DNA of 64,000 nt from NCBI GenBank assembly GCA_963796105.1, contig CAWCKJ010000004.1, forward strand, positions 320,001 through 384,000, in the 5' to 3' direction. Position numbers and translations under genes: made by a program. A model generated the notes under the pieces. That model was not told the origin of the DNA and did no database searches. It worked only from the letters and a program-made list of their open reading frames with translations. Below, one piece after another: positions 1 through 9,789 of the stretch (position 1 is its first letter; each line of letters opens with the position of its first letter). The stretch comes from a candidate division FCPU426 bacterium (GTDB lineage: Bacteria; Oederibacteriota; Muellerivitia; Muellerivitales; Muellerivitaceae).

Positions 1-678
1 CACCGTTATATCCAGTCGCTGGTTGATGGTCGCCAGGATTTTCAGGTCCATAAGCTCCTTGATGAGCACCCCGGCTTTGACATTTAGTTTTTGAGCAAGT
101 TCGGATACGGTAATCCCTTCAGTGATTTTGATTTTCGTGATAACTTTCGGTTCTACCGCCTCTCCGGTATCGGATGAACCTTCCGTTTTGGATTTCTCCT
201 CGGGAATTTCCTCCTTGGAAACGGCCGCCGAGATGCTTTTGGGCCTGCCCGCGGCAAGACCATGCCCCTTCGGAAGTGGTTTAGGACCAGAACTTTTTCT
301 CGAGGCGGGAGAAGGCTTATGGGCCCCCGCTTTGGCCTGGCCGGCTTTCAAGGTTGGATAGGTGGCCGTTGGGGACGTAAGGGTGGAACCGGTTTTCGTT
401 TGAGACTTGGAAAGTGTTCCCGCGCTTGTCGTGGGAGCCGCCGACGGTTGATTTTTTCCCAAAGTCGGCTTTGTCGAAGAGGACGTAGGTGGAGCTGGCG
501 GGTTTGAGGCGGTCCGTAAATCGGCCATACCCAAATCACGTCGAATTTCAGACTGGATTTTTTCATCCACCACAGTTAATTGGCTGGGAATTGAAAAACC
601 TGATTTCTTGCAGCGTTCCAGGACTTCCTTGCTGGAAAGGCCCAATTCCTTGGCAAATTCAAAAAGTCTTTTTCCCAT
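1..678 (-). CDS. infB: Translation initiation factor IF-2, N-terminal part (runs off the window edge)
   Basis: Own translation from ATG at 678: MGKRLFEFAKELGLSSKEVLERCKK...ITVSELAQKLNVKAGVLIKELMDLKILATINQRLD, two IF2_N-type motifs. Open to position 1, directly downstream of nusA. Confidence 0.93.
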   Translation of the reverse strand, partial: MGKRLFEFAKELGLSSKEVLERCKKSGFSIPSQLTVVDEKIQSEIRRDLGMADLRTASNPPAPPTSSSTKPTLGKNQPSAAPTTSAGTLSKSQTKTGSTLTSPTATYPTLKAGQAKAGAHKPSPASRKSSGPKPLPKGHGLAAGRPKSISAAVSKEEIPEEKSKTEGSSDTGEAVEPKVITKIKITEGITVSELAQKLNVKAGVLIKELMDLKILATINQRLDITV

Positions 679-690
679 AGGGGTTTATAC

Positions 691-2010
691 TCACTCCTGG
701 TCTGTATTAGGTTTGTGGTTCTCGGAAACATCTGGGGAAGGAGGTATCATTGGCAAACCATCCGGATCATGTGAAAGGGTTGGAATCAAGGGAGGCTCCT
801 CAGCCTTGACGGAACCCTCATCTATCTCATCCGGCGGGGCGTCTTTCTTTTCGTCTTCTGTCAATGCGGTCGCGGCCTCAGCTGAAGGAACATCCACTTT
901 GGCCACGGAAATGGCCTCAGCTGTTTCCCGGGACACTTCCTGAAAATGAGCATCCATCCGCGCCCTTTCCTCCTGGGCGTATTGTTCCTCGTTTTTAATG
1001 TCGATTTTGATGCCGGTCAGACGGGCCGCCAGCCTGGCATTCTGTCCCTTTTTGCCTATGGCCAGGGATAACTGATCGTTTGGAACGATGACTTCAGCGG
1101 AAGGTATTTCCGGGTGAAACACGATTCTGGCTATTTTCGCCGGGGACAAGGCGTTGGAAAGGTAAGCGTGCGGTTCAGCGTCCCAACGAACGATATCCAC
1201 TTTCTCCCCCCGGATCTCATCCACGATGTTTTGAACACGTATGCCTTTGACGCCGACGCAGGCGCCGACCGCGTCAATTCGGTCGTCATTCACCACCCGA
1301 ACCGAAATCTTGGTGCGGGCGCCGGCCTCGCGGGCCACGCTCTCAATCTTGACGGCGCCTTCATAAATCTCAGGAACCTCTAACTCGAATAATTTCCGGA
1401 CTAAATTGGGATGGGCCCTGCTGACGATAATGGAAGGCCCCTTCACCGTCTTTCGGACCTCCAGTACCAGGAACTTCATCCTTTCTCCCGTGGAATAACG
1501 CTCCCGGGGAACCTGTTCCTTGGCTGGGATCAAGGCCTCGGCGTCTCCGAAAGAAATAATGACGTTTCGGCCCTCATAACGCAAAACGCTCCCGGTGATC
1601 AGCTCTCCCTCTTTGTCCTTAAACTGATCGTAAACACTCTGGCGTTCCGCATCCTGAACCCGCTGAACAATGACTTGCTTGGCGGTTTGGGCCGCGATTC
1701 GGCCGAATTGATCCGACGGAATCCTGATCTTGACCACCTCGTCCAATTGGGCATCGCTTTTTATTTTTCGAGCCTCCTCCAGGGTAATCTGGATGCCCGG
1801 ATCCTCCACTTTTTGCACCACCTCCTTGAGGTAATAGGCGATAAACTCATAATTGGTTTCGTCGAACTCGACCTCAACTTCCTGGCCAATGCCGAATATC
1901 TTTTTCGCCGCGGAAGACAAAGCAGCCTGTATGGCTTCGACAAGTTTTTTTTTGTCAATGCGCTTGGTATGCTCTATCTGGCTCATCACCAAGGCCAATT
2001 CGTTGCTCAT
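691..2010 (-). CDS. nusA: Transcription termination/antitermination factor NusA
   Basis: FGRIAAQTAKQVIVQ, S1 and KH domains (AREAGARTKI, GACVGVKG, LAIGKKGQNARLAARLTG); acidic/Pro-rich C-terminal tail. Confidence 0.98.
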   Translation of the reverse strand: MSNELALVMSQIEHTKRIDKKKLVEAIQAALSSAAKKIFGIGQEVEVEFDETNYEFIAYYLKEVVQKVEDPGIQITLEEARKIKSDAQLDEVVKIRIPSDQFGRIAAQTAKQVIVQRVQDAERQSVYDQFKDKEGELITGSVLRYEGRNVIISFGDAEALIPAKEQVPRERYSTGERMKFLVLEVRKTVKGPSIIVSRAHPNLVRKLFELEVPEIYEGAVKIESVAREAGARTKISVRVVNDDRIDAVGACVGVKGIRVQNIVDEIRGEKVDIVRWDAEPHAYLSNALSPAKIARIVFHPEIPSAEVIVPNDQLSLAIGKKGQNARLAARLTGIKIDIKNEEQYAQEERARMDAHFQEVSRETAEAISVAKVDVPSAEAATALTEDEKKDAPPDEIDEGSVKAEEPPLIPTLSHDPDGLPMIPPSPDVSENHKPNTDQE

Positions 2011-2037
2011 GACGCCAATCCCTTCAATTCGTTCGAT

Positions 2038-2511
2038 TCAAAGCTCAACGACTAAATGGGCGGTTTTTACCGTTTCAAACGGCAGGCAAAGGGCCCTTTC
2101 CTTTCCTAATAAAAGGTCTACTTTCCCCTCCCGCGCCCCGTTCAACCGGCCTTGAAAAGCCACCAAACCTTCCCAGGGCTCCTTGAGAATAAACTGAGCC
2201 AACCGCCCCTTAAAACGCTCGCAATCGCTCAAATCCCGCAAGGGCCGGTCCATTCCAGGGGATGAGACCTCCAGAAGATATGGGGTCTGGATTAATTCCA
2301 TTTCATCCAGCCTTTTTTCCATCTCCCTGCTGACGATTTCGCAATCGCCCACTGAAATCTCGCCGGCTTTCTTGTCAATCGCCAAACTGAGGACCAACTT
2401 TGATCCTTGGGGACGGACTCGAAAATCAAAAAGTTTTAAAAAGTTCTCTTTAACAATCTCCTCGGCAATAGCCTTGAGTTGGGCCCGTCCAGTTTCATCC
2501 AAAAAACTCAT
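2038..2511 (-). CDS. rimP: Ribosome maturation factor RimP
   Basis: DCEIVSR, YLLEVSSPGMDRPL motifs; upstream of nusA. Confidence 0.96.
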   Translation of the reverse strand: MSFLDETGRAQLKAIAEEIVKENFLKLFDFRVRPQGSKLVLSLAIDKKAGEISVGDCEIVSREMEKRLDEMELIQTPYLLEVSSPGMDRPLRDLSDCERFKGRLAQFILKEPWEGLVAFQGRLNGAREGKVDLLLGKERALCLPFETVKTAHLVVEL

Positions 2512-2654
2512 GCCGTTTCCATCCCTATAAACGACAAACGGCCTTGCGGCCGTTCTGAAAGAATATCAAGATAATCAGAAAACCATTCCCAAACGAAGCA
2601 TTGCCCCGTAATGGAAATACCCCTGTCACATTCCTAACAAATACCCTTTTGGTG

Positions 2655-2689
2655 AAAAAAAAAGCGGGCCATGAAAGGGACCCACTTTT
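2655..2689 (-). terminator. Intrinsic terminator/attenuator in the rimP leader
   Basis: Minus strand AAAAGTGGGTC-cctttcat-GGCCCGCTTTTTTTTT, lying between a predicted promoter and rimP. Confidence 0.7.
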
Positions 2690-2714
2690 CGGGACAACCT
2701 TAATTTACTTATAT

Positions 2715-2743
2715 GTTTTAGCAAAAACATATGTCCCTGGCAA
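2715..2743 (-). promoter_or_regulatory. Sigma70-type promoter for rimP-nusA-infB
   Basis: TTGCCA-17 bp-TAAAAC with a TGn extension. Confidence 0.55.
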
Positions 2744-2970
2744 GGGGAAAGGCGAAAAGTAAGATATTTGCGGACTTCGCTCGCTCTAATTGCTGAGTTT
2801 CAACTCAACCCGCCTTGAATTTGCCATATTCTTAAGCGAATTTTTGAATTTTCCCAGCTTTCTTTTCGCGTTTAAACCTGAAAATTCCACCCAGCCTCAT
2901 TAACTGTTTAAAATGATCCTCGATAGATAAAAGTAAACCCCGCTCAGCCCCTCTCCCGCTTAAATTGAAT

Positions 2971-5700
2971 TCAAAAGAGCAGAACTTGCTTGGTATCTGG
3001 AACTCCTTTTAGGCATCCATGGGTCTTGAGGATTTCAACCACGTTTTTGTTGACCCCGCACTGTTGCTGAAGTTCTTCCACGGAGCTGAAAACACCTTTT
3101 TCCCTTTCCGCGACGATGGCTTCTGCGGCTGTCTCGCCCAAACCAGGCAGGCAGATCAAAGGGGGGCGCAACATTTTCACTCCAGCCCCCTCCTCAATTT
3201 GAAAGGTACGGCTTGTGGACTTGTAAAGATCCACTGGCAGGAAATGAAAGCCCCGGGCATAAGTTTCTTCCGCTACCTCCAGCACGGAGGCCTCGTCCAA
3301 TTCTTTAGCGGTTGGCTTTTCAATGGACTTGATATGCTTGATGCGGTCCTTAACCCGGCCGAGACCGTCACAGGCGACGGTGGCATCGAATCCGAAGCTT
3401 TTGTTGGTGAAATAGTCCGCGTAAAACGCCAATGGATGGTGTACCTTGAACCAGGCGATCTTGAAACTCATGATGCAATAAGCCACCGCATGGGCCTTGG
3501 GGAAGATATATTTAATCTTTCTGCAGCTTTCCACGTACCAGGATGGTGTTTTAGCATCCGCCATGGCTTTTTCGAAATCAGCCGTCAGGCCTTTCCCCTT
3601 CCTTACTGATTCCATAATCTTGAAGGCCAGGGCCTCGTTCATTTTGCGGGCTCTCAGATCGTTCATCATGTCGTCCCTGGTGGAAATTACCGTCGCAAGA
3701 ACTGCAGTGCCTTTCTTGATGAGGTCCTGGGCGTTTCCCAACCATACATTCGTGCCGTGAGCCAAGCCGGAAAGTCTCACCAAGTCCTCGAATTTGGTGG
3801 GCCGGGTATCCCGTAGCATGTCCATGGCGAAAGATGTCCCAAATTCAGGCACCCCCAAAGTGCCCAAGTCTTTTTCGATTTTTTCTTTGATCGCCAGCGC
3901 CTGAATTCCCGAAAAAAGGCTCATGGTCTTGGCGTCATTCAGCGGAATGCTCGTGGGGGAAACTCCCGTCATGTTCTCGAGCCGCCTAAGGCTGGTGGGA
4001 TTGTCATGGCCCAAGATATCAAGCTTGACGAGACAGTCGTGCATGCTGTCATAATCGAAATGCGTGGTGATGATCTCCCCGTCTTTGTTGTCCGCTGGAT
4101 ATTGGACAGGACAGACGTCTGAGATTTCCATCTCCTTGGGCAGGATGACGATGCCCCCAGGATGCTGACCCGTTGTTTTGGATACCCCGGAACACCCCTT
4201 GACGAGACGGTTGAGCTCGGCGTTTCGAGCCTGGCGGCCCAATTGCTCCATGTATTTTTTCACGAAACCGAAAGCGATCTTGTCCTTCACGGCCGAAATG
4301 GTTCCAGCTCGGAAACAATAAGCTTTTCCAAAAAGTTCCTCAACATATTTATGGGCCACATGCTGGTATTCACCGGAAAAATTGAGATCAATGTCCGGCA
4401 TTTTATCCCCATGGAAACCCATGAAAACCTCAAAGGCGATGGAAAAACCATCCCGCAACAGGGGTTTCGAGCAGGAAGGACAGTTTTTCCCGGGTAGATC
4501 CACCCCCGCGGAGGAGTTGGGTTTATCCGGGAATTCGTGAAAGTGCCCCGCCGCGCAACGCCAATGCGGAGGCAGCGGGTTCACCTCCGTGATACCGCTG
4601 AGGAAAGCCACGAGAGAGCTTCCCACCGATCCCCGGCTCCCCACCACATAACCGTCAGCAATGGATTTTTTTACGAGTTTCATGGCGATGATGTAAAGGG
4701 TCGAGAACTTATTGTCGATGATGGCATTGAGCTCTTTTTGGAGGCGCTTCTCAATAAATTCGGGAAGCGGATCGCCGTAAAGGCGATGAGCCTCATGCGT
4801 GGCCGTTTCCCTTAAGAGATCATCCGCTCCTTCCAAATGCGGGGAGAGTGTCTGGGTTGGAAGCGGTTCCACATCCTCCACCATCTCCGCCACTTTGCGG
4901 GGATTGGTAACCACTAATTCATGGGCTATGTCCTCCCCAAAATAGTTAAAATCCTGTTTAAGCTCCTGTGTCGTCTTGAAATAAAGGGGCGCCTGGCGCT
5001 CCACCCCGTAACCCATTCCCGCATGAAGGATTTTTCGATAGACATCATCGCGTGGATTGAGGAAATGGGAATCGCCGGTGGCCAAAACTAGCTTGTTAAG
5101 TTTCTTTCCAATCTCATAAAGAGCTCGGGTTAAATTCTGGAGTTCGTCCATGCTTTTGACCATTCCCTCTTGAATCATGAACTCATTATTGGCACAAGGC
5201 TGTATTTCGATATAGTCATAAAAGCCAGCCACCTGCTCCAGGGGCTTGTCCTTGCGCAGCAAATGCTGCCAAACCTCCCCCTGCTCGCAGGCCGAACCCA
5301 GGATCAGCCCCTCCCGGTGCTCCTCAAGGAGGGCCCGGGGAATCAGGGGCCTCTTATAAAAATATTTGAGATGGCTCTCCGTTACGAGTTGGTAGAGGTT
5401 TTTTAAGCCCTTTTTGTTTTTGACGAGCAAAATAATATGGTAGATAGGCAGATTCTTTTCCCTCTTGAACTCATCGACAAGGTATCCTTCCATCCCAAGA
5501 ATCAATTTTATCCCGTTTTTCTTCGCCACCGCCCGCGCCTCAGGGTAGGCTTGAACCACCCCATGATCCGTGAGAGCGATAGCGGGATGCCCCCACCGGG
5601 CGGCGGTTTCAATCAACCGGTCGATTTTGGAAAGTCCATCCATCCGGCTCATTTGGGTGTGGCAATGAAGTTCCACGCGCTTCTCGGGAGCCTCATCCAT
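2971..5700 (-). CDS. polC: DNA polymerase III PolC-type, PHP and polymerase part (no DEDDh exonuclease insert)
   Basis: KRVELHCHTQMS, ALTDHG, VGSRGSVGSS, MPDIDLNF, TTGQHPGG, KLDILGH, KIKYIFPKAHA are PolC motifs. Confidence 0.95.
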   Translation of the reverse strand: MDEAPEKRVELHCHTQMSRMDGLSKIDRLIETAARWGHPAIALTDHGVVQAYPEARAVAKKNGIKLILGMEGYLVDEFKREKNLPIYHIILLVKNKKGLKNLYQLVTESHLKYFYKRPLIPRALLEEHREGLILGSACEQGEVWQHLLRKDKPLEQVAGFYDYIEIQPCANNEFMIQEGMVKSMDELQNLTRALYEIGKKLNKLVLATGDSHFLNPRDDVYRKILHAGMGYGVERQAPLYFKTTQELKQDFNYFGEDIAHELVVTNPRKVAEMVEDVEPLPTQTLSPHLEGADDLLRETATHEAHRLYGDPLPEFIEKRLQKELNAIIDNKFSTLYIIAMKLVKKSIADGYVVGSRGSVGSSLVAFLSGITEVNPLPPHWRCAAGHFHEFPDKPNSSAGVDLPGKNCPSCSKPLLRDGFSIAFEVFMGFHGDKMPDIDLNFSGEYQHVAHKYVEELFGKAYCFRAGTISAVKDKIAFGFVKKYMEQLGRQARNAELNRLVKGCSGVSKTTGQHPGGIVILPKEMEISDVCPVQYPADNKDGEIITTHFDYDSMHDCLVKLDILGHDNPTSLRRLENMTGVSPTSIPLNDAKTMSLFSGIQALAIKEKIEKDLGTLGVPEFGTSFAMDMLRDTRPTKFEDLVRLSGLAHGTNVWLGNAQDLIKKGTAVLATVISTRDDMMNDLRARKMNEALAFKIMESVRKGKGLTADFEKAMADAKTPSWYVESCRKIKYIFPKAHAVAYCIMSFKIAWFKVHHPLAFYADYFTNKSFGFDATVACDGLGRVKDRIKHIKSIEKPTAKELDEASVLEVAEETYARGFHFLPVDLYKSTSRTFQIEEGAGVKMLRPPLICLPGLGETAAEAIVAEREKGVFSSVEELQQQCGVNKNVVEILKTHGCLKGVPDTKQVLLF

Positions 5701-6632
5701 GCGGGTCTCGGGGGGACGATTTTCATGATATCTCTCGCGTTGAGAACCATTTCATTGGGGTCCCGGCTGTCGAAGCGCAGGTCGCCGCGCACCTTGATCC
5801 AATCACCTTCCTTGATCCCGCCCTTGAATTTTCCGTCATTCTCAAAAAGGAATATTGCATCCAGGGAATCCGTGTAATCAGTAATGGTCATCTTGGCTAG
5901 TTGGCGTCCACTTTTTGTTTGAAAGACGTTGAATAGGATGACCTCCCCCTGTCCCACGAAACCCTTTTGCTCATCCGTCACTGTGAGGGATTGGGCCGCC
6001 TCCGAAATCTTTCTTCCGTAAAGGATGGTTTCAACTGGGGTTTTGGGAATGGAAATAACAGGGTGGGTCTCAACGGGCTGAGGTTTGTCCGGAATGATGG
6101 ATGGATTGACCTGAAGATTCACATTCAATTCGACCCCGCAGCGTTTTTTGAGGATTTCTCTCAAAACCCTGACGCATTCTTTTCTTTCCAATTGCTGGCG
6201 GGCAGCTTCATTGGGAACCTGGAATGAAAGATTCTTATCCCTCAACTCGACCCGGTAGTAAGAAAACCAGCTTTCGGAGATATCGGCCTCCTCGGAAAGG
6301 CAAAAGATTAAATCCTTTTCGTGGGCTGCCAGATAGTCCGCCGGAGCGATCACCGACTCGGCATAGTGGACATCCAAGACGATCCGGCCGACATTCGGAA
6401 GACACTCCCTCAGGAATCGGGAGACATTAGCGTAAGTTTCAACCGGTACCTGGGAGAGCATTTTCAACTTCATGACCACAAGCGTTCGCTCGGGATACAC
6501 CTGGACCCCTAACAGTTCCGATTGAAGGAACCTTTCCTTCTCGAAACATTGGAGGGGCATTTGCTGGACAAAGTCATAAAAAGGGTTAGAGGCGGGTTCT
6601 GGTGCCGCTGCCGGGGAACCTTCTAGCGTCAT
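5649..6632 (-). CDS. polC: PolC N-terminal domains and OB-fold; joins the downstream ORF by a frameshift at ~5710-5715
   Basis: ILYGRKI, ITDYTDSL, IKEGDWIKVRG match the PolC N-terminus/OB-fold. One extra C in the C6 run gives KIVPPETRMDEAPEKRVELH. Confidence 0.88.
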   Translation of the reverse strand: MTLEGSPAAAPEPASNPFYDFVQQMPLQCFEKERFLQSELLGVQVYPERTLVVMKLKMLSQVPVETYANVSRFLRECLPNVGRIVLDVHYAESVIAPADYLAAHEKDLIFCLSEEADISESWFSYYRVELRDKNLSFQVPNEAARQQLERKECVRVLREILKKRCGVELNVNLQVNPSIIPDKPQPVETHPVISIPKTPVETILYGRKISEAAQSLTVTDEQKGFVGQGEVILFNVFQTKSGRQLAKMTITDYTDSLDAIFLFENDGKFKGGIKEGDWIKVRGDLRFDSRDPNEMVLNARDIMKIVPPRPAWMRLPRSAWNFIATPK

Positions 6633-6689
6633 TCTGCCTCCAGCAACGGTTTATAGGGATTTGAAAGGGGTTGGGGACTGCTTTTTCGA

Positions 6690-6717
6690 ACTATACAACC
6701 ATTGGAATGTTTGTCAA
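6690..6717 (-). promoter_or_regulatory. Sigma70-type promoter for polC
   Basis: TTGACA-16 bp-TATAGT, ~60 bp upstream of the ORF. Confidence 0.65.
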
Positions 6718-6866
6718 GAATTTTTAAAATCCAAAATATGTCTGGATCCATCACCCGCGATTTTTCACAGGCTCGTCCATAACTAGAAATTGCGGAATCA
6801 TTCCACGTCGGCAATCCGAATTTTCAACGCCAAGTTTTTGAGCGTTTAAAATTTTGAAACACAAAA

Positions 6867-7736
6867 TCACGGATCGAAATAAACGAAAAATCCCCAATGG
6901 TTGTCGTTTTGTAGATAAAACTGTCCATATTCGGAATTGCCGTTGTAATAAAGAATCCCTGAACGGATCGCCGCGCGGGAATCCCTTTTCCACTTCCATT
7001 GAAAGCCAAGCTGAAACTCTTGGTTAACCACACCCCCGGCTTCTTGCTTAACTTTTACATCATAGGTGAAATAACCTCTTCCGGTTGTCGCCCAAACAAA
7101 GGTGGAAAACCCGGTGTAAATCTCCGTTCCTGCGTGAACGAACAACCTTTTGTCGTCGGGAGCCATGTGGGGATAATCTCCCAACCCCGCGTACAAGCGG
7201 AATTGATCCGAAGGTTGGTAAGAGGATGTGAAACGAAAACTCTCCCTTGTGTAGATGAACCGGGGGACATAATCGAATAGCTCGTCGCCCAGGTGAGAGC
7301 TGACATGAATGTATTCAAGCCTATTTGAGAAATTTCCGGACGACTCGCTGAAATACATCCCAAAATACCAATCGTTGACCATTTCCGGAAATTCGTCATA
7401 AACCAAGTTTCCATTAACGGTAACAGCGCGATTGGGATAATCGGAATAATTCACGGAATCCAAACCGACAAAACCCGATCCCATTATTCCCCAGCCCCAC
7501 CTTTCCACTTTATCCGGCCGCCACTGGAGAAACTCCAGCGTGGAACCGACGGCGCCCTCGAAATTGATCTTTCCTGTCCTGAGGTTGACTCCATTTGAGC
7601 CTTCCCGCGGATCGCCAAGCAAAGGTTCAAAGACAGGAACCGCCGGAAGAAACTCCCAAGTGTTTTCTTGGGCCCGAATGACCTCCGGAAACTTAGCCAA
7701 GAAAAAGATTAATAAAAGATAAGCAACTCTTTTCAT
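6867..7736 (-). CDS. Secreted/outer-membrane protein, DUF1207-like (paralogue 2)
   Basis: Likely start MKRVAYLL at 7736 (signal peptide). FEPLLGDPRE and HVSSHLGDE motifs; alternating beta-strand pattern; ends YFDP. Confidence 0.7.
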   Translation of the reverse strand: MKRVAYLLLIFFLAKFPEVIRAQENTWEFLPAVPVFEPLLGDPREGSNGVNLRTGKINFEGAVGSTLEFLQWRPDKVERWGWGIMGSGFVGLDSVNYSDYPNRAVTVNGNLVYDEFPEMVNDWYFGMYFSESSGNFSNRLEYIHVSSHLGDELFDYVPRFIYTRESFRFTSSYQPSDQFRLYAGLGDYPHMAPDDKRLFVHAGTEIYTGFSTFVWATTGRGYFTYDVKVKQEAGGVVNQEFQLGFQWKWKRDSRAAIRSGILYYNGNSEYGQFYLQNDNHWGFFVYFDP

Positions 7737-7743
7737 CAAGTCC

Positions 7744-8610
7744 TCATGGGTCAAAGTAAATTCCAATACCAAAATGCGTGTCGTGTTGAAGGTAATATTG
7801 TCCAAATTGGTAGTTTCCGTCGTAATAAACCAGAGCCAGTCGAAACGCTCGTGGTTCAGTCTTCTTCCATTTCCATTGGACTCCCCATTGAAATGACTCA
7901 TCCCAATGTCCGCCCGCCTGACCTTTCCATTCCAAATGACAAGCTCCATATCCCCTCATCGAAGTCCCGATAAAACCCCAAGGGGGAGAAAAAACTTCCA
8001 AACCCCAAGGGGAAAAAAAAGCGTTATCCGGCGGAAATAGGTTCTCCCAGACCCCAAAACCTCCATAAATCCTCAAGTTTTCCCATGGCTGGAAAGAACA
8101 GACGTAATTGAAGTTTTCTCCGTTGTAAATGATGGGTTCCTGGAGTCCTTCCAAGGAATCCCCAAGGTGGGAGCTCTGATGCATGAATTCCAAACGGTGG
8201 GAAAAAAGCCCGGATTGCTCGCTGAGATACAATCCCGCGAGCCAATCATTGGCCCTTTCGGGAAAAGTGGCGCCATTTTCATCCAATAAAATAAAACCTG
8301 ATCCTAGCAAGCCAGCAGCCCAATGCGTTCCATAAGGATTATCATACCGGATGATCTCCAATTGAGCGCCGACAGCCCCCTCAAACCGGTTTAGGCTGGT
8401 ATGGGCGATAATGGAGGTCTGTGGCTCCCTTGGGTCAGAGAGAAGAGGATTAAATTGTGGCGCCCCCGGAAAGAAAAACCATGGCCCTGGGGTCTCTTGA
8501 GCGTCAGCCGATAAAACAGTTAATAAACAAATTGCCAGCGCCATGGACCTAATGTTTAGCCCGAAAATCCTTGTCCGCTGGATCCATTCAGACTTGAGAT
8601 ATATTTTCAT
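7744..8610 (-). CDS. Secreted/outer-membrane protein, DUF1207-like (paralogue 1)
   Basis: FNPLLSDPREP and HQSSHLGD motifs, signal peptide, ends YFDP. True start may be the later Met (MALAICLL). Confidence 0.7.
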   Translation of the reverse strand: MKIYLKSEWIQRTRIFGLNIRSMALAICLLTVLSADAQETPGPWFFFPGAPQFNPLLSDPREPQTSIIAHTSLNRFEGAVGAQLEIIRYDNPYGTHWAAGLLGSGFILLDENGATFPERANDWLAGLYLSEQSGLFSHRLEFMHQSSHLGDSLEGLQEPIIYNGENFNYVCSFQPWENLRIYGGFGVWENLFPPDNAFFSPWGLEVFSPPWGFIGTSMRGYGACHLEWKGQAGGHWDESFQWGVQWKWKKTEPRAFRLALVYYDGNYQFGQYYLQHDTHFGIGIYFDP

Positions 8611-9741
8611 ATGCCTTGATCATTTTCTTGGCCATGGTGGTTGAAGACCATTTTTCCGCCTCGATGAGCGTCTCTCCCTTTTTCTGAGTATAAAACTCAG
8701 AGTCGGTCAACATTCGATGGACGGCTTCCGCGAAAACTTCCTCGTTGAGCGGGGTCAAGATCCCCCCTTGCCTGAAGCCATCACTTCCTTGACACCCATC
8801 TCTCCCACCGCCACAACCGGGACTCCGGCCGCCATAGCCTCGCTGACCACAAGCCCTTGGGTTTCGGTGACGGAAGCCAACACGAAAAGATCCGCCCCGG
8901 CGTAGCAATCCCGCCAATCCTCGCGGTCCAAATACCCCGCGAATAAAACAAGGTCCTCCAGCCCTAATTCAACGACCATTTTCTGAAGCCGTCTTTTGGC
9001 CGCCCCTTCCCCCGCGACCAGGAACTTCAGACGATCTATCCGATCCTTCAGCCGATAAACCACCTTCAGCAGAAAATCGACATTTTTTTCCTCCGCGACC
9101 CGCCCCATAAATAAAAGCAGTTTGTCCTCGGGCTTGTATCCCTTGAGCTGACGAAAGCGTTTCGGGTCCTTTCCGTAGAACTTTTCCAATCGAATTCCTG
9201 TAGGTACCACCTCGATGGTTTTTTTCACTCCGTAACTCAAGAGAACATCCCTCATTTGGGCGGTGGGGGTGATCACCAGGTCGCAGGAATTACAATAGCG
9301 GCGGCTGGCGGTCTTCGCGTACCAAACACTGAGTCTCTTTGGCAAAAACCAGAGGTAATGCTCCACATAGGCCGCGAAAAGAGTATGGTAAGTATGCACC
9401 AGTTTCGCGCCTGATCGACGGGCCCATTTCACCGCTGGCCCGCCGAGGGTAAAAGGAGTCTGGGTATGAACCACATCAAACTTCGCGTCTAGGAATTGAC
9501 GGATCAGTTTCTTGTCCCCAGGAGGATGGCCCAATCGGTCCTCGGGGTCAAAGAAAAGATACCAAGACGGGAAACGGTGGACCTGGATTCGGCCCGCCTC
9601 ATCGATATGGTTGGGAAAAGCCGGGGCATATATATGGACTTCATGACCAAGCTTGTCGAATTCCTCCGCGAAGATCCGGGTGGACGTGGAAACGCCGTTG
9701 ATCCTAGGAAAATAAGTGTCGGTAACCAGGGCGATTTTCAA
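8588..9741 (-). CDS. Glycosyltransferase family 4 (diacylglycerol glucosyltransferase-like), frameshifted near the C-terminus
   Basis: MKIALVTDTYFPRINGV, GRVAEEKN, ETQGLVVSEAMAAG. The frame stops at 8755; the GT4 tail (GILTPLNEEVFAEAV...MIKAYE) continues in another frame after a G6 run at 8762-8767. Confidence 0.85.
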
Positions 9742-9789
9742 ACAAGAATTCCTTAATCATAGGAAATTAGCCGTACGCATCGTCTTCGT

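Noticed and set aside
7737..7949. N-terminal extension of the 360-aa ORF
   Set aside because: It overlaps the upstream paralogue; the signal peptide starts at 7736.
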